DNA of 64,000 bases. Source: Rhynchobatus australiae (lineage: Eukaryota). Of the stretch, positions 1 through 16,260 are shown in pieces; the stretch's first letter is position 1, and every line of letters starts with the position of its first letter. A program made the translations under genes and the position numbers. The notes beneath the pieces were generated by a model that saw only the letters and a list, made by a program, of their open reading frames with translations, made no database searches and was not told the DNA's origin. The stretch covers positions 12,217,962-12,281,961 of the forward strand of contig JAUZTB010000078.1 in NCBI GenBank assembly GCA_034780895.1, read 5' to 3'.

Positions 1-1286
1 GGAGAGGGGGGCAGAGGAAGTGCTAACTGAGGGTAAGGAGTTGGTCTGGAATAGTATCCCTGTGGAGAAGATTGAATGGAACAGATTATTAACTTTATTG
101 GTGTCATATTTGACCCTGAGGTGATCTTAAGAATATCTATCACTGCTGTCATGAAGATCACCTCTTAATTGCGTAGCATTGCTGATTCTGACCCTGCCTG
201 ACTCCATCTACTGAAACTAGATTGCCTCTAGATAACTGTTCCAATATACTTCTATTTACCTGCCCTGTCTTAACATGTGGCTTTGTAGATCTACTACTTT
301 TTAAACATATGCATGCACAAATTTAGAACTTGCAGAATCCATTCAGAATTAGACCTGCCTGGAACATTATTCAGAAGGTCCCTGCAGCATTTGGGTGATA
401 TCAGCACTACTTCAAAACAAAAATCATTCATTAATTTTAAATGCTCCTGCTTTTCCTTGGTCAATGTGTCTTCCATGTTAGTGATACAAAAAAAATTCCA
501 GACACCAGTCACAAATTGCTGAAAACTGTTTCTCTTCCCGTGGATATTGCTTGACCTGTTGGATATTTTCCAGCACTTTTTTATTTCAGATTTTCAGCAT
601 CTGAAGTTTTTGGATTATTTTGGATCAATTCCCTTTCAGAACTGATATATTTCAGGTTTCAGTTACTTGTTATGTCGCAGAAGGAACCCTTTGGGTCCAC
701 GCTAGCTCCCATTAATTCCCATTCCTGATGAAGGTTCTTTGACCTGAATAGTTAACTCTGTCTCATTCTCTACAGAAGCTGCCTGACCTGGCTAACAAAG
801 CCTTTTCAATGGCAGTTAAGAGTCTCCAGATTACCATGTAACCAGGAATCACACAGATTGGTTAAGGGTGACAGATTTTCTTCCTGAAGGACACTGATCC
901 TTTGTTAGGTTTTTATAACAATTCAGTAAACTTGGTCATCAGTACCATCCTGAGATTAGCATTTTATTTTAGACTTGGCCGATTAATTGAATTTAAATGT
1001 GTGATCTTCATGGGAGAATTTGAGCTGTGTCTCTGGATCATTAACCCAGTAATTTCATTAATTTGCTACTGTATCTTGTGGACTAATGAAATGACAAGCT
1101 GAAACTTTTCCTATGGAAAGGTGTAAATATCCAGATTTAATGTACTCAGCAGTATTGTAGGAGTAAACCATTCACCAGATGTTTAATTGCTTTCCCAGAC
1201 TGCTTGCGGGCGGGCAGAGGGGCAGCTTCAGTGTGGCATTGTGTAGTCCTGGGTTAAACACGGTGATCACTCTTGTTTGTCTCCAG

Positions 1287-5466
<4,180 letters not shown>

Positions 5467-5971
5467 TGGGCAGTGGCCATCAGTGATCGAGATCTCCCTG
5501 TATGCCAAGTCATCCAGTAATGCTGCTAACGCACAATGTGATGATGGGTGGTGCCAACACCTCGACACGAGTGAGTGGGCATCGGAAGCAAGTGGAAAAT
5601 TTGGACTGGAGAGAAGACGGAGGACAACCTATCTCAGAGGGGTGCATTCCCCTCATTCGTCTCTCTTCTTCGCCCAGTTGTTGTGCCTTTGGCCAGTGAA
5701 TGAGATTAGAATGGAAAGGTATATGAAGTCATTTTTGTTTGTATCTTTCTCTTTTCCTTTTCATCCTTTCTTGGTCTGCCCAGTGCTCTGTATTGACTAT
5801 TCCGTTGGAGAGCCGTGAGAACGCACACCATTTATCTGTATTTACCATATTTATGTTTATCTGTTGTGTTTTTGTATGAATCCCTTGAGACGGTTGCAAT
5901 TTGCTGCTCTCATTCCTACCAATGGGACCAGAATTACAAGTTAAGCCTGTACATTAAAATATTTTTGAACT

Positions 5972-5977
5972 AATAAA
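5972..5977 (+). terminator. Candidate FDX2 polyadenylation signal AATAAA (ATTAAA at 5953, second AATAAA at 6372-6377)
   Basis: Canonical hexamer about 500 nt after the FDX2 stop. Position only, no transcript data. Confidence 0.55.
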
Positions 5978-6559
5978 TATTTTGGGATGCCCACCCAATG
6001 TTTAAGGTTACAGCTTTGTGACTATGGAAAGTGAATATCTCTTTCCCTCACACACATCCCACTCTGTCTGGCCATGCCTTGTCTCTGGCAGTTTGTGTAA
6101 GTGGTACTGCAGAAGTGCAGATTGTTACTTGCCTTCTCAGTAGCAGTGTTTGATCAACACTGGGTCAGCTTCTAGACCACTGCAATTCATCGTACACATG
6201 GGTTATTTTAAATGTTTGTTGCAGTAGCTCAATGCAATGTTGCACTTTGAAATAACAGGAACAAAACTGTGTTGTATTCATACATTTGCCAATGAGGCTA
6301 GATTTTAAACACGGAATTAAATTTTGTGCGTAATATTTTCTGAATTGCTTTGTGTAAAAACAAGTGTCAACAATAAACGTAGAGCCATTTTGTGACTAGT
6401 GCATATTGTGCCTCTATTTGAGTACCCAAGGCTGATATCAGTCTTTACCGATCAATGACTGTGGTAAATGAATGATCTGCTCTGGATTGCTTTGGGTCAA
6501 TGATCCCTTTTGGGTAAGGTCTGGGCACTTGGTGCTGGCCCCAGTCATGAGAGCTCCAT

Positions 6560-6960
6560 TAGTGACATCGACTGCAGGCCGACAGGGGGCGTGGTGCTGG
6601 GAAGCCGGCGGGGTACTGCACCTCCGGGCCGGCAGGGGATGCTGTACAGGGAGGACAGCGCGCTGTGCTGCGGCTCCAGGCCGGCCGGCGGCGTGGTGCA
6701 GGGAGGCCGGCGGCGGGGCGGGATCTGGACTCCTCTCCGGAAGGCGGATGTTGTCGTTCACTTTGTGTCCCCGGCTGAAGATGGCCGCGGTGTTGGGCGA
6801 AGCGGCGACGCTGAACTCGCTGCCCGAGAACGTGCTGGTGGAGATCCTGAGCTACCTGTCCACCCGCGACCTGCTGCGCATCAGCAGGTACAGGCTGCCG
6901 CGGTCGCAGGGCGGGCTCGGCCCCCGGGCGGGACCTGGCGGAAGGGGGGGGGTGGGTGGC
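6560..6960 (+). promoter_or_regulatory. CpG-island promoter of FBXL12 with ETS-type CCGGAAG (6737-6743) and YY1-like AAGATGGC overlapping the ATG (6778-6785)
   Basis: Abrupt switch to very GC/CpG-rich sequence just before the FBXL12 ATG. Motifs read directly; function inferred. Confidence 0.7.
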
Positions 6961-9611
6961 TGGGTTGGAAGGGCAGACTCGGGAGTGACCACCCCTCCCC
7001 GTTCTTTCCCCCTGCCCCCCCCCCAACAGGACAGACGGTGACCACGGTGGAGGAAGAGCAGAGGCACAACCCCCGTCNNNNNNNNNNNNNNNNNNNNNNN
7101 NNNNNNNNNNNNNNNNNNNNNNNNNNNNNNNNNNNNNNNNNNNNNNNNNNNNNNNNNNNNNNNNNNNNNNNNNNNNNCACCGGGGAAGGGTTGGTGGAGG
7201 AAGGGGGAGCAGAGACAGGCCCAGCCCCCGGAGGTGATGGGGTGCGGGTCCGCCCGGGGTGGGTAGGTGAGGGAGGGGTGGAGGTCCCGGTCTCCGGGGG
7301 GGGGAGTGGGGAGGAACTGTCAGGCCTGGTGTACTGAGGAAGGGGGAGCAGAGACGGGCCTGGTCCGGGGGTTGGGGGAGGTGTCGGGGCAGGAGATGGG
7401 ACCGGCTGCCGGAATGGGGTGCGAGTCCCGGCCGCTGATGAGGAGGGAAGAGACAAGCCCAATCCCTGGGGGAGGTGGAAGCCCGGCCTCTGGGGATATC
7501 TGGTGATGGTGGTGACGTGCCTGGGTCCCGTGGGGAGGATGGGCGTGGGGGACGGGCCCGGAACAGATTGGGGACGCGTGTTGGACAGACCCGGCCGCCG
7601 GACAAGGGGGAAGGGATAGGCCTGGCTCCCAAGAGGGGGGAGGAGGAGGACGGGAGGGTGGAGGTGGACTTGGACTTGGCCCTGACCTCCAGGAGAGGGG
7701 GGAACACAGTACAGGAGTGTATCGGCTGGGGAGGAGGGTGATTACATGCTGAACGTTTGTGTCGGGTATAGGTCCAACCCCCCCCCCCCCCGGCCGAAGG
7801 TGAAGATCATTGGGGAGGGGAGGAAACAGTAACAAGCCTGGCAGTCAGGTAGAGACAAGGTTTTAGTGTCAAGCACAGCCGATGGTGGGAGATTGGGGGT
7901 GGGTATTGGAATGGTAAGGGTGGTCCTTGTTGCAGAGACTTGCCAGTCCTCAAGGGAAGGAGTGTTGGGGGTGTGGCAACAGAGCTGGCTCCCCAGGAAG
8001 ATGGATAATTGACAAATAAACAGGCTCAGCCCCCAGCAGGAGGTGGGTGTTTGGGCAGGAAGACCTGGTCCTTTGGGGCTGGTAGTGAGTGTTTAGATCT
8101 TGGTTGTGGAAAGGAGAGAGACCCATCTTCCTAGAAGGGGGAGGGAGGTGGGAGAGACAGACCTAACCTTGGGTTCAACAGCCTTACCAGGCAGAATGCT
8201 GAGGCCCAGGATCAATCTCCTGACCCAGTAGAAAAAGGGTGGTACTAAAAGGAATAAATTGGGATTTTAATTTCAAAACAGTCTGCAAACAAGACCAATG
8301 ATTCAGAGGAGATACTTTTACGTTTCCACAGAGTTTGTAAAAGATGGAGAAGATTGGCTTATGACAAGGGCCTCTGGAAAGATGTCAATTTAACCCCATA
8401 CAAGGTAAGAAACAATTCTGGTACTGCTTTCTGTCAAATTTTGGCATTGAAATTTTGTCTAGGAGTTCCTCACCTTGAGAGAAATAGTTTGCGGGTTTGC
8501 TGAATGCTTCAGCAGTGAACTGAGGTTACTGAGTTTAAAAGAATTCAGTGTTAGCTTCCAAGTTAAGAAAACGAAAAGGCAGTGTTGTTGCCTGAATGAA
8601 GAAATGTTCTTGGCTTCATCTTGAACTGTCTGGGCTTCCCTGATCAGAGGCCATACTTTCTCAATACTGGCCCCAACGAAGGCAGCCCTTAGATGCCCAA
8701 GGGTGACACTTCATGTAACAACTGAGAATGTGTTGGTGTCTTATTGGTCGGTATGTCTCTTGCATGAATTACATTGTGGTTTGACTCTGCTCTTTCAGGT
8801 AAACTCACGGATCCTCTGGCACCTCGTCAGACATTACCTGGGTGGGACTCTGAGGACCCTGAGAGTCAAGGGTGTCCTCCATTCTGTCAAGAAGCACGAG
8901 TCGCTGACCGAAGCCTTGCTGCTGGAGATTGGGAAACGCTGTCCGAACCTGACTGAGCTCCGGCTCATCGAGATGAACCTGCGGGGCATCAATTATGAAT
9001 GCCTGCCCCCCTCACTGCTCAGCCTGGAGCTGACGCACTGTGAGATTCCCCTGCATTGGTTCAGGGCCGCAGCTGCTGCCAACGGGACCCGTGTGCCGCC
9101 TCGCATCAAGAACCTAGAGGTGGACAATGTCCCCAACTTCTCAGACCAGCACCTGCAGAACCTCGCATCCCGTACAGCGCTGAAGGTGCTGATCCTATCC
9201 GGCACGTACAGAGTCACTGACTCCGGCATCGAGAAGTCGGCCGAGTGTCTCTCCGAGTTGGTCCACCTCAAGCTCCATGGCTGCAACATCTCCGATGAGT
9301 CCCTGCGCCACATCGCTCGGCACCTGACGCAGCTCCGCACTTTGGACCTCACGAACTTCTGTTCCATGACCGACGTGGGCCTGGCCTGTCTCGGTGATCT
9401 GCGCTCACTGCAGTCCCTGTGCTTCGAGTACTGTGACCAGATCACCGTTGAGAAGCTCTTGGCTGTCTGCACTGGTCTTCCATCGCTGGCGAAACTCAAC
9501 CTGAACGGGAACCCCTACTCTGAGGGGGACCTGCAGAGAATCCGGCAGAGTTTGCCGAACTGCACCGTCACCAACGATTTCCCTGCCATGGATTCTGTGC
9601 CTAAGTTTTAA
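6781..9611 (+). CDS. FBXL12: F-box/LRR-repeat protein 12; exons 6781-6887, 8332-8404, 8799-9611 (about 330 aa)
   Basis: F-box LNSLPENVLVEILSYLSTRDLLRISR|VCKRWRRLAYDKGLWKDVNLTPYK|VNSRILWHLVRHYL, followed by LRRs with FBXL12-typical RCPNL, LELTHCEI, VPNFSDQHL and LILSGTYRVTD. GT-AG introns in phases 2 and 0, and a three-exon layout as in mammals. Confidence 0.95.
6890..7830 (+). repeat. G-rich low-complexity tract in FBXL12 intron 1 with imperfect repeats (gaggaagggggagcagagac-ggcc at ~7197 and ~7336); contains a 100-N gap
   Basis: Many GGG+ runs and repeated units are visible. This explains the overlapping Pro/Gly-rich spurious ORFs. Confidence 0.7.
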
Positions 9612-10286
9612 CCACAGGTTGTTTTTACCCTGGTAGTGCTTTGGCTTCACCAGGAGGATTGGGAGCTTGCCAACTGCACTACGTAACCTGGGCTGTCCTT
9701 TATTCCCTTGCATGGATTTTGTGCGGTTGGTCAGGTCCCCGAAAGCATAGTATTTGAATTGACAGAAGCTCGCTGCAGAACCCCAGGTCCCCCTATCCGG
9801 TAAACACGTGGTATCTGTGGTACCTCTGCAGTGTGGGGGAGAGCGAGGACCCTGAATGACTAACAACGGGGTTCAATTTGGAGTGTGTTCAGACGAGGCA
9901 GATACAGACTGCCGAACAGAGGCAAAATAGAAAGTTGTGTGGGTGCTAACATCGGATGGATCAGATCTGGTGCTCACTGATGCTCTCTCTTTGGATTGTG
10001 TGTGCCAATAGTTTTGAGTTGGTGGGACTGCAGAAATCTGTACACAGCTGAGTAAATAAATTACAAGAAGGAAAAGCATCGAGATAGAAGTCAAGCTGAA
10101 ATACACTGCAAGATCAGCAGCAGCCAAATGCACAAACCTTGGACTGCTGTGCTGGATGGAGGAGTGTGGCTAACCAAACGGTTCACTGGATGCTGACAGC
10201 CTTCAAAGAATATTTAAATTGTTCAGTAAATGTCACACCATTCAGCTCGGTAATTTTATTGGAGAGCTTTGTTTGTTCATTCTGAA

Positions 10287-10292
10287 AATAAA
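10287..10292 (+). terminator. Candidate FBXL12 polyadenylation signal AATAAA (another at 10055-10060)
   Basis: Hexamer about 680 nt after the stop, followed by T/GT-rich sequence. Confidence 0.5.
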
Positions 10293-11567
10293 ATTTATCA
10301 TTTGTAACAATTTACATATCTCTCTATTTCCTGATAACTGGTGTTCCTTTTGACCAAGTTCATTGGCCAGTTGTGGTTATCAGTGAGAAGAGTTTCAGAA
10401 ATGTTTCTTTACATTGAGGGTAATTGGATGGTTTGTTACAGGGAGTGATTGAAGCAAAGTCAATTGCATATTTTTAAGATAAAGTTAAATATTTAAATAG
10501 GAGGGAGAGTGGGACAATAGGATTTGCTTTACACCTGTGTGATGGGTGGAATGGCCTCCCTGGTGTTGCTGAAACATTTGGCTCTTCGCTCCATGCAAGC
10601 TGTGCCCATAGGTTCCCCACAGCTATGGGGTGAGTTTCCATGTTGTAAGAATTGATGTTCAGCTCCAGCTCCCGGCCCTTCTCTGTGCCTTAAATCACTT
10701 CTGTGCTACCTGCATGTCACGATTGGGTGGCATAAAGCTTGTTTTCTTGATATTGAGAAGGCAGAACCCACTCCATTTGGTGGCCACCCACATGCTCTGC
10801 TGTTTAGACACTGGTGCCGCTCCCCTCTCGCTGAGTCAGAAATGGGCCCATACTGTCCAAAAACTGATACTAACCAGAAATGCAAGTCCTGTTTATTCCA
10901 TGTGTTCTCATTGATCTAACTCCCTCCTAATTTCCCACGGCATTCACCATAAAATCAAATGTCGTCGGCTTCCATTCCCTCCACCACCTAGTTATGCAAC
11001 CAAGCCTAACCTGTCCTTCCACATGTTTCAATCCCTAACCATCCACCCCCTCCCCCACCCCTTAACTAATTACCACCAGTCAGGGCAGAGCTGTGTCAAA
11101 GCTGCAGACCTCTTATCTCTCCTCCTTTGGCTTGTTTCTCTCACATATGAGAACCAGGGGACCTTAATGTTTTGACACCACTCTCCTTGCTCATCACTCT
11201 CCCAAATGAAGCAAAATGAGAAAACAAGGAAATAAAATCCCAAAACAAGCCAGATTAGAAATTGAATCTTTGCTGGAAAATATTAATGGACAGAAAATGA
11301 GGGAAGAGGTGAAAGGCCAAATGAATGTCCAGGAATCTGATGTTGCTTCCTGCCTCTCTAGACCCCTCCCAAAAGCAGAGTCCTCACGTTTCTATTAATT
11401 TATTTCAACTGATATTTCTATTTACTGACTCAATCTTAACAGTATTGGGAAGGTTTCGTTTCAAAGACTTTCCAACATTTCAAACTGTTACATGACGTTG
11501 CTGCACTTTTTTTTGATGCAGTTCAATTTTGTGCTGGTACCTTGGTTTGTGGAGTGCTTTACAGTTC

Positions 11568-14500
11568 CTATGGTCGCCAGTTAGTTTCTTGAGTTGTAAT
11601 CTGTCTTGATAAAAGCACCAGAGGAGAAATAAAGATTTCAATATTAACCTTTGTCCAGCTTTCATTTATGTTCATCCGCCTCGCTAGAAATCCCACTCCC
11701 AGTTCCACCACAATTTCCATGTAGTTCAATAGCCTCACAGCGGTACAAGTCACAGTCGAGACTGGAGTTCTGCTCATTTGTGGTTCCTACTAAAACACAA
11801 AAGATGGTTTGATAATAATGTCATTTAAGACATCAAAATCATTCAGACTCCACCCTGTTATGACATGAAAGGAAATCATACTTAATCAGTCCAAGGTTAG
11901 TTTGAGGATGTAAGTATCAGGATAGATAAGGTGAATCTAATACAGTGTAGTATAATCTAATATAGTGATCATAAGGCACTTGAAGGTTGTTGCACAAAAA
12001 TAAGGACCCTTGAGTTTGAAGGTATCAAAATAGATAAAGCACATTAACAACCTCTCCACGTTATTTTGCACCAGATTTGTATCATTAGTGAATGTGACTA
12101 CATTATCAGTCACTTCAATTGTCATTAAGATAAATAGTTCAGAGTGTAGCAAAGTTCATTGACGCTTTTCACTATTAACGTCCAACCAACCTGAAAATGG
12201 CCCATTTTATCCTTGACCTTTAATATTTTGTGTGCACTGCCCATACATCTGTACATACAGTTTCACACGTCACATTCTTGTGTCAGCAATATACATAGTC
12301 TGCACCTTAATGTAAGTAGTGTAAGCTTGTCACTTAGCAGTAGCAGTCTCAGTTCTCTTACCTCCGTGGTCCCTTAAGATTGAGGATGACTTGTTTCTAC
12401 TGCCATTCTATGGGTTCCAAGGCTGCCAACAAGTCCCACACAGATGTGGAGGAGCAGGTGGAATTTAAGGAAGTAGGTGGATAGATTAAGAATACTGTAC
12501 ACTCCTTCCACTGTGTTTGACCTCAGTGTGCTTCCATCAGAGAAGGCCTTAGTTGCTTTTCAGTTTCCAGTTGCTTCCTCACTAGTTTGAATGGCAATGA
12601 GCTGATGATGAAATTGCATTTTCCAGGAGGTTTTGAGGCCATCCTTGAAGCATTGTCTCTGTCCTCCTGGAGATCATTTGCCACAAAGGAGCTCAGTAGA
12701 ATCTTTGCCGATGACCTGCCAATCAGAGCTAGTTGAACCTGAACAGGGCCTCAGTGCTGGGGAGGCTGGTCCGTGAGGAAACTGACTCTGGTTGATAAAC
12801 CCTGCTAGTGGCTTTGGGGAAGTTTGTGGGGATGACATTGGGAGAGTGGACAAGGGGACATAGATCCAAGATAAGGAGTCAGTCATTTAAAACTGAGGTG
12901 CATAGAAATTTCTTAGTGGGTAGTGATAGATAAATATTCGAAAAACCAAGGAATTGAGGGCTATGGGGAACAGGCACAGGAGGAGTTGAGGCTTGGGGTG
13001 GATCAGCCATTAACAATGAATTGCGGAGTTTGAGGGGGTCAGATGGCCCACTGCAGCGTTCACTGTGTACTTCTGGCAACACTTCCATTGGTAATGATGG
13101 AGGGCCACCATTTCTCTAGAATCAGAACAGTACAGCACAATACAGGTCCTTCAGCCCACAATGTTGTGCCGACCTTTAAACCTCACCTGACTATCTAACC
13201 CCTTTCTCCCACATGTCCCTCTATTTTAAATTCCTCCAATATGCTTATCTAGCAATCTCTTGAATTTGACCAACGTACCTGCCTCCACCACTGCCCCAGG
13301 CAGCACATTCCATGCCCCAACCACTCTCTGGTTAAAAAACCTCCCTCTGATATCTCCCCTGAACTTCCCACCCATCACTTTAAATCCATGCCCTCTTGTA
13401 TTGAGCATTGATGCCCTGGGAAAGAGGTGCTGGCTGTCCACTCTATCTATTCCTCTTAATATTTTGTACACCTCTATCATGTCTCCCCTCATCCTCCTCC
13501 TCTCCAGTGCGTAAAGCCCTAGCACCTTTAGTGTCTCTGCACTATTTATTTATTTTTGCAAATAAAAGTAATTTTATGCCTTGCACTGTACCACCGCGGC
13601 AAAACAACACATTTCACGGCATTCGGCAGTGATGGTAAACCTGCTTCTGATTCTGATTGTGACCCACTGGAGAACAACCCTGTGAAGCTACAGCATTTAT
13701 GTAGCTGCCTGGTTTGGTTTCTGGTCATTGCCGGGGGATTGTGTAATGTAATGCTGTTCACTAGTTGGAGATGGTCATTGAGGCCCTTGGTACTGTAGGC
13801 ATTACCAGGTGAATGTTGCCGTTCCTGCTGGGGTGGATTCCGATTGCCTCACTACCTGAGCAGTGTTCTCCTGAGTTAAAACCGGCTTCACTTTTATCGT
13901 CATCAGAAGGATGTGTGGAGGCTGCTTCAGGATTCCCGTCTGTTTGTGTGACTCGGGGGGTGGGAGGGAATGTGTGGATCAGCACTGGGACTGGGTTTGC
14001 AGCAGGAAGTTTAATGCCTTCACTGTTCTGATTGATTCCAGATATCGGCACCAACATGTACAGGAAGCGGCCGATCTACAAACAGAACGGTAACGTCTCT
14101 TTTGTTGGAAACGGTGTATGGTTATAGTATACGTTATTAGATCTGTTCACTCCATCGGTCACTCCTTCCTTCCTGCAGTCTGGTGACCATATAGTCACAG
14201 ATTGGTTACAGCATGGAAGAAGGCCATTTGGCCCATCAAGTCTGTACTGACCTTGTGCAAAGTCAATCCAGCTAGTCCCATGGCCCTGCCCTCATCCCAT
14301 AGCCCTGAAAACTCTTTCCTTTCAGACATTTATCCAGTGAATCTGCCTAGTTGCTACTCTCAGTGGTAGTTTGTGGCCTTATCTCCTTAACAAATTCGGT
14401 CAAGTTGGTCAAACACAACCTTCCCTGGACAAATCCTGGACTGACCCCGGACTGTGCCTCTGTAGATTATGTTCCATTGGAAGGGATTCCAATAATTTAC

Positions 14501-15673
14501 TCACCGTCACATCAAACACACGAGCTAATAAATATTTTGTAATCCCTGTCTCCCACTTTATACCCAGTCCAACAATCCTCCACCACCATTCCTGCATCCA
14601 GAGGGGATTGAAAAACTGGGCAGAGCTTCTTCCCTTAATTCCTTTAACATCCCAGATATATTTCACCTGGGCCTGGGGATTTATCCTTTATTTTCCAAGG
14701 ATAATTAACCCTTCCATTGCTTTAACACTTCCTCCGTTACTTTGGTTGCCCCCCCCCCCCCCCGTGCGTCATTGACNNNNNNNNNNNNNNNNNNNNNNNN
14801 NNNNNNNNNNNNNNNNNNNNNNNNNNNNNNNNNNNNNNNNNNNNNNNNNNNNNNNNNNNNNNNNNNNNNNNNNNNNCAGCGCATTCCATGCCCCAACCAC
14901 TCTCTGGGTAAAAAACCTTCCTCTGATATCTCCCTTGAACTTCCCACCCATTATTTTAAAGCTATGCCCTCTTGCATTGAGTATTGGTACCCTGGGAAAG
15001 AGGAGCTGGGTGGCTATCTATTCCTCTTAATCTAATTCCTCTTAATCTATTCCCTATCTGATTTGCAAATTGCAGTGTTTTGACTTGTAACCGTTACCAT
15101 ATAATAGGACAAGATGCTAAACTTCAAAATGAAGGTTCTCAAATACAATACTGTGACCCGGAAATCTGGAGTAAAAACACAAAATGTTGGAAATACTCAC
15201 CAAGCCATGCAGCGTCTATGGACAACAAATCAAACTTTACATTTAAAAGCAATCATGTTTCCTCAGAGCTGATATAATATTTAGATGTTCCACATCAATC
15301 GACTTCACCTGGAGTAATCCCGTCTAAACTTTGTAAGAGTAGAGATGGATTAATTTTGCAGCATGAATGAACGGGGCTGGTTGTAGTAATATCTCCGTGT
15401 GGTTGAGGAGTCTAGCAAAGACACAAGCCGTTGTTTAGACGGCATATTTCACCGTGTCTGGTATGATTAGGTTAATCCATGAAGCTGGGCTGTTGCCAGC
15501 ATCACTTTCAGTACACAGGTGCTCACAGGCGATGAGCCCGAAGGACCGCTGCTACTCCTCCGGGGCCTCGGGTGGCGCTGTCGCGGTGCGGCGGGTACGT
15601 ATCTGGGTGAAGGAGACGCTCTTTTTTCCCCGAGTCGATAATGGTCGTTAGGGAACGGCTGTCGCTCCCTCAT
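11568..15673 (-). CDS. Putative uncharacterised spliced gene or lncRNA divergent from ATG4D; exons 15673-15527, 14075-13806 (or -13856), 11786 onward
   Basis: ATG at 15673 inside the CpG island, 49 codons to CCT|gtgagc. Acceptor ttctgtttgtag|ATC at 14075 is in the same phase and open for 90 codons. Acceptor tcttttgtgttttagtag| at 11786. Minus-strand AATAAA at 11404-11399. No recognised domain. Confidence 0.4.
12360..12850 (-). mobile_element. Decayed LINE 3' fragment, probably RTE-type
   Basis: Resembles 3' ends of RTE elements (recall-based). Degenerate, no intact ORF. Confidence 0.35.
13118..13530 (-). mobile_element. CR1-type LINE 3' end (ORF2 C-terminus plus 3' UTR)
   Basis: ORF 13226-13525 (LERRRMRGDMIEVYKILRGIDRVD..TRGH..FFNQRVVGAWNVLP..FKRLLDKH) is the typical CR1 ORF2 tail. 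Confidence 0.92.
13531..13660 (+). mobile_element. Rex1/Babar-like LINE 3' tail ending in (ttctga)n
   Basis: ccttgcactgtacc..gcaaaacaac..atttcacg..gtgat..taaacctg..ttctgattctgatt. Family assignment from recall. Confidence 0.45.
14877..15030 (-). mobile_element. CR1 LINE fragment next to an assembly gap
   Basis: GGKFKGDIRGRFFTQRVVGAWNAL, near-identical to the copy at 13226-13525. Confidence 0.85.
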
Positions 15674-16260
15674 CTGACGTCTGGCCAGAAACCGAATCAA
15701 CTATGGGCTAACACGTCGTTTTAAACCCGCACTGCCGCAACCAAGCCGTCGCAGCCCGGTTTTAACGCGAGTTCCGGGAGAAATGGGTTAAGGTGAGAGG
15801 CTTTAAATCACTCGGTCATTGCAAAGCCGGGCAGCCCGAGGGGCGGGATCTGGGGCACCTCCAGTGATGATTGGCTGCTCGGCTGCTCATCAAATGCCTA
15901 TCTGCCCTGTGATTGGTCCGTGGGAGTCTCCGTCAAATCTTGCCCCGAAGTGTGGCGAAGTTTGGGTGCGGTGGCCTTTAGTTTGCGGCGTGGGGCAGGT
16001 TCCTCCGATCCCGGTCACTTGAACCGAAAGTATAACAGGCCATCAAATCCCATCGCGTTGGTTGGAGATGTTCACGGGGTTGTGGTAGCTCCCTGTACAC
16101 GGTCCAGCTGCGGATGTGGGTGAATCTGCAACCTCCCTCACAAGTCCTAGACCCCTGACAGCTGTTACCGACTGCACTCGGCCGTGAGTTGTGGTTTATG
16201 TTGGCGTTGACCGCGATGTGGGAGTAATTGCATCTATTTCTCCCTGCCAGTTTTCTCCCC
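15520..16260. promoter_or_regulatory. CpG island, probable bidirectional promoter (ATG4D non-coding exon 1 on +, unknown unit on -); GC box 15841-15847, CCAAT boxes (ATTGG) 15870-15874 and 15912-15916
   Basis: CpG-dense island, the only one between FBXL12 and the ATG4D coding exons. + strand donor GCC|gtgagt at 16183/16184 and - strand donor at 15527. Confidence 0.7.

Noticed and set aside
6438-7835. Long overlapping ORFs (up to 382 aa) on both strands around the FBXL12 start
   Set aside because: Stop-poor GC-rich CpG island and G-tract plus an N gap. Only 6781-6887 is supported as coding.
8703-8798. N-terminal 32 aa of the 302-aa ORF
   Set aside because: Intronic. The real exon begins at the acceptor tctttcag|GTA (8799).
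8993-9866. Minus-strand ORFs of 168 and 153 aa
   Set aside because: Antisense shadows of the FBXL12 coding exon, with no splice or start support.
13955-14000. PVLIHTFPPTP in the unknown minus-strand ORF as a calcineurin PxIxIT docking motif
   Set aside because: Register does not fit the consensus (His at the second hydrophobic position); too weak to claim.
11400-15700. ZGLP1 or UBL5 as the identity of the minus-strand unit, suggested by human synteny
   Set aside because: No GATA C-x2-C-x17-C-x2-C finger or ubiquitin-like sequence in any frame examined.
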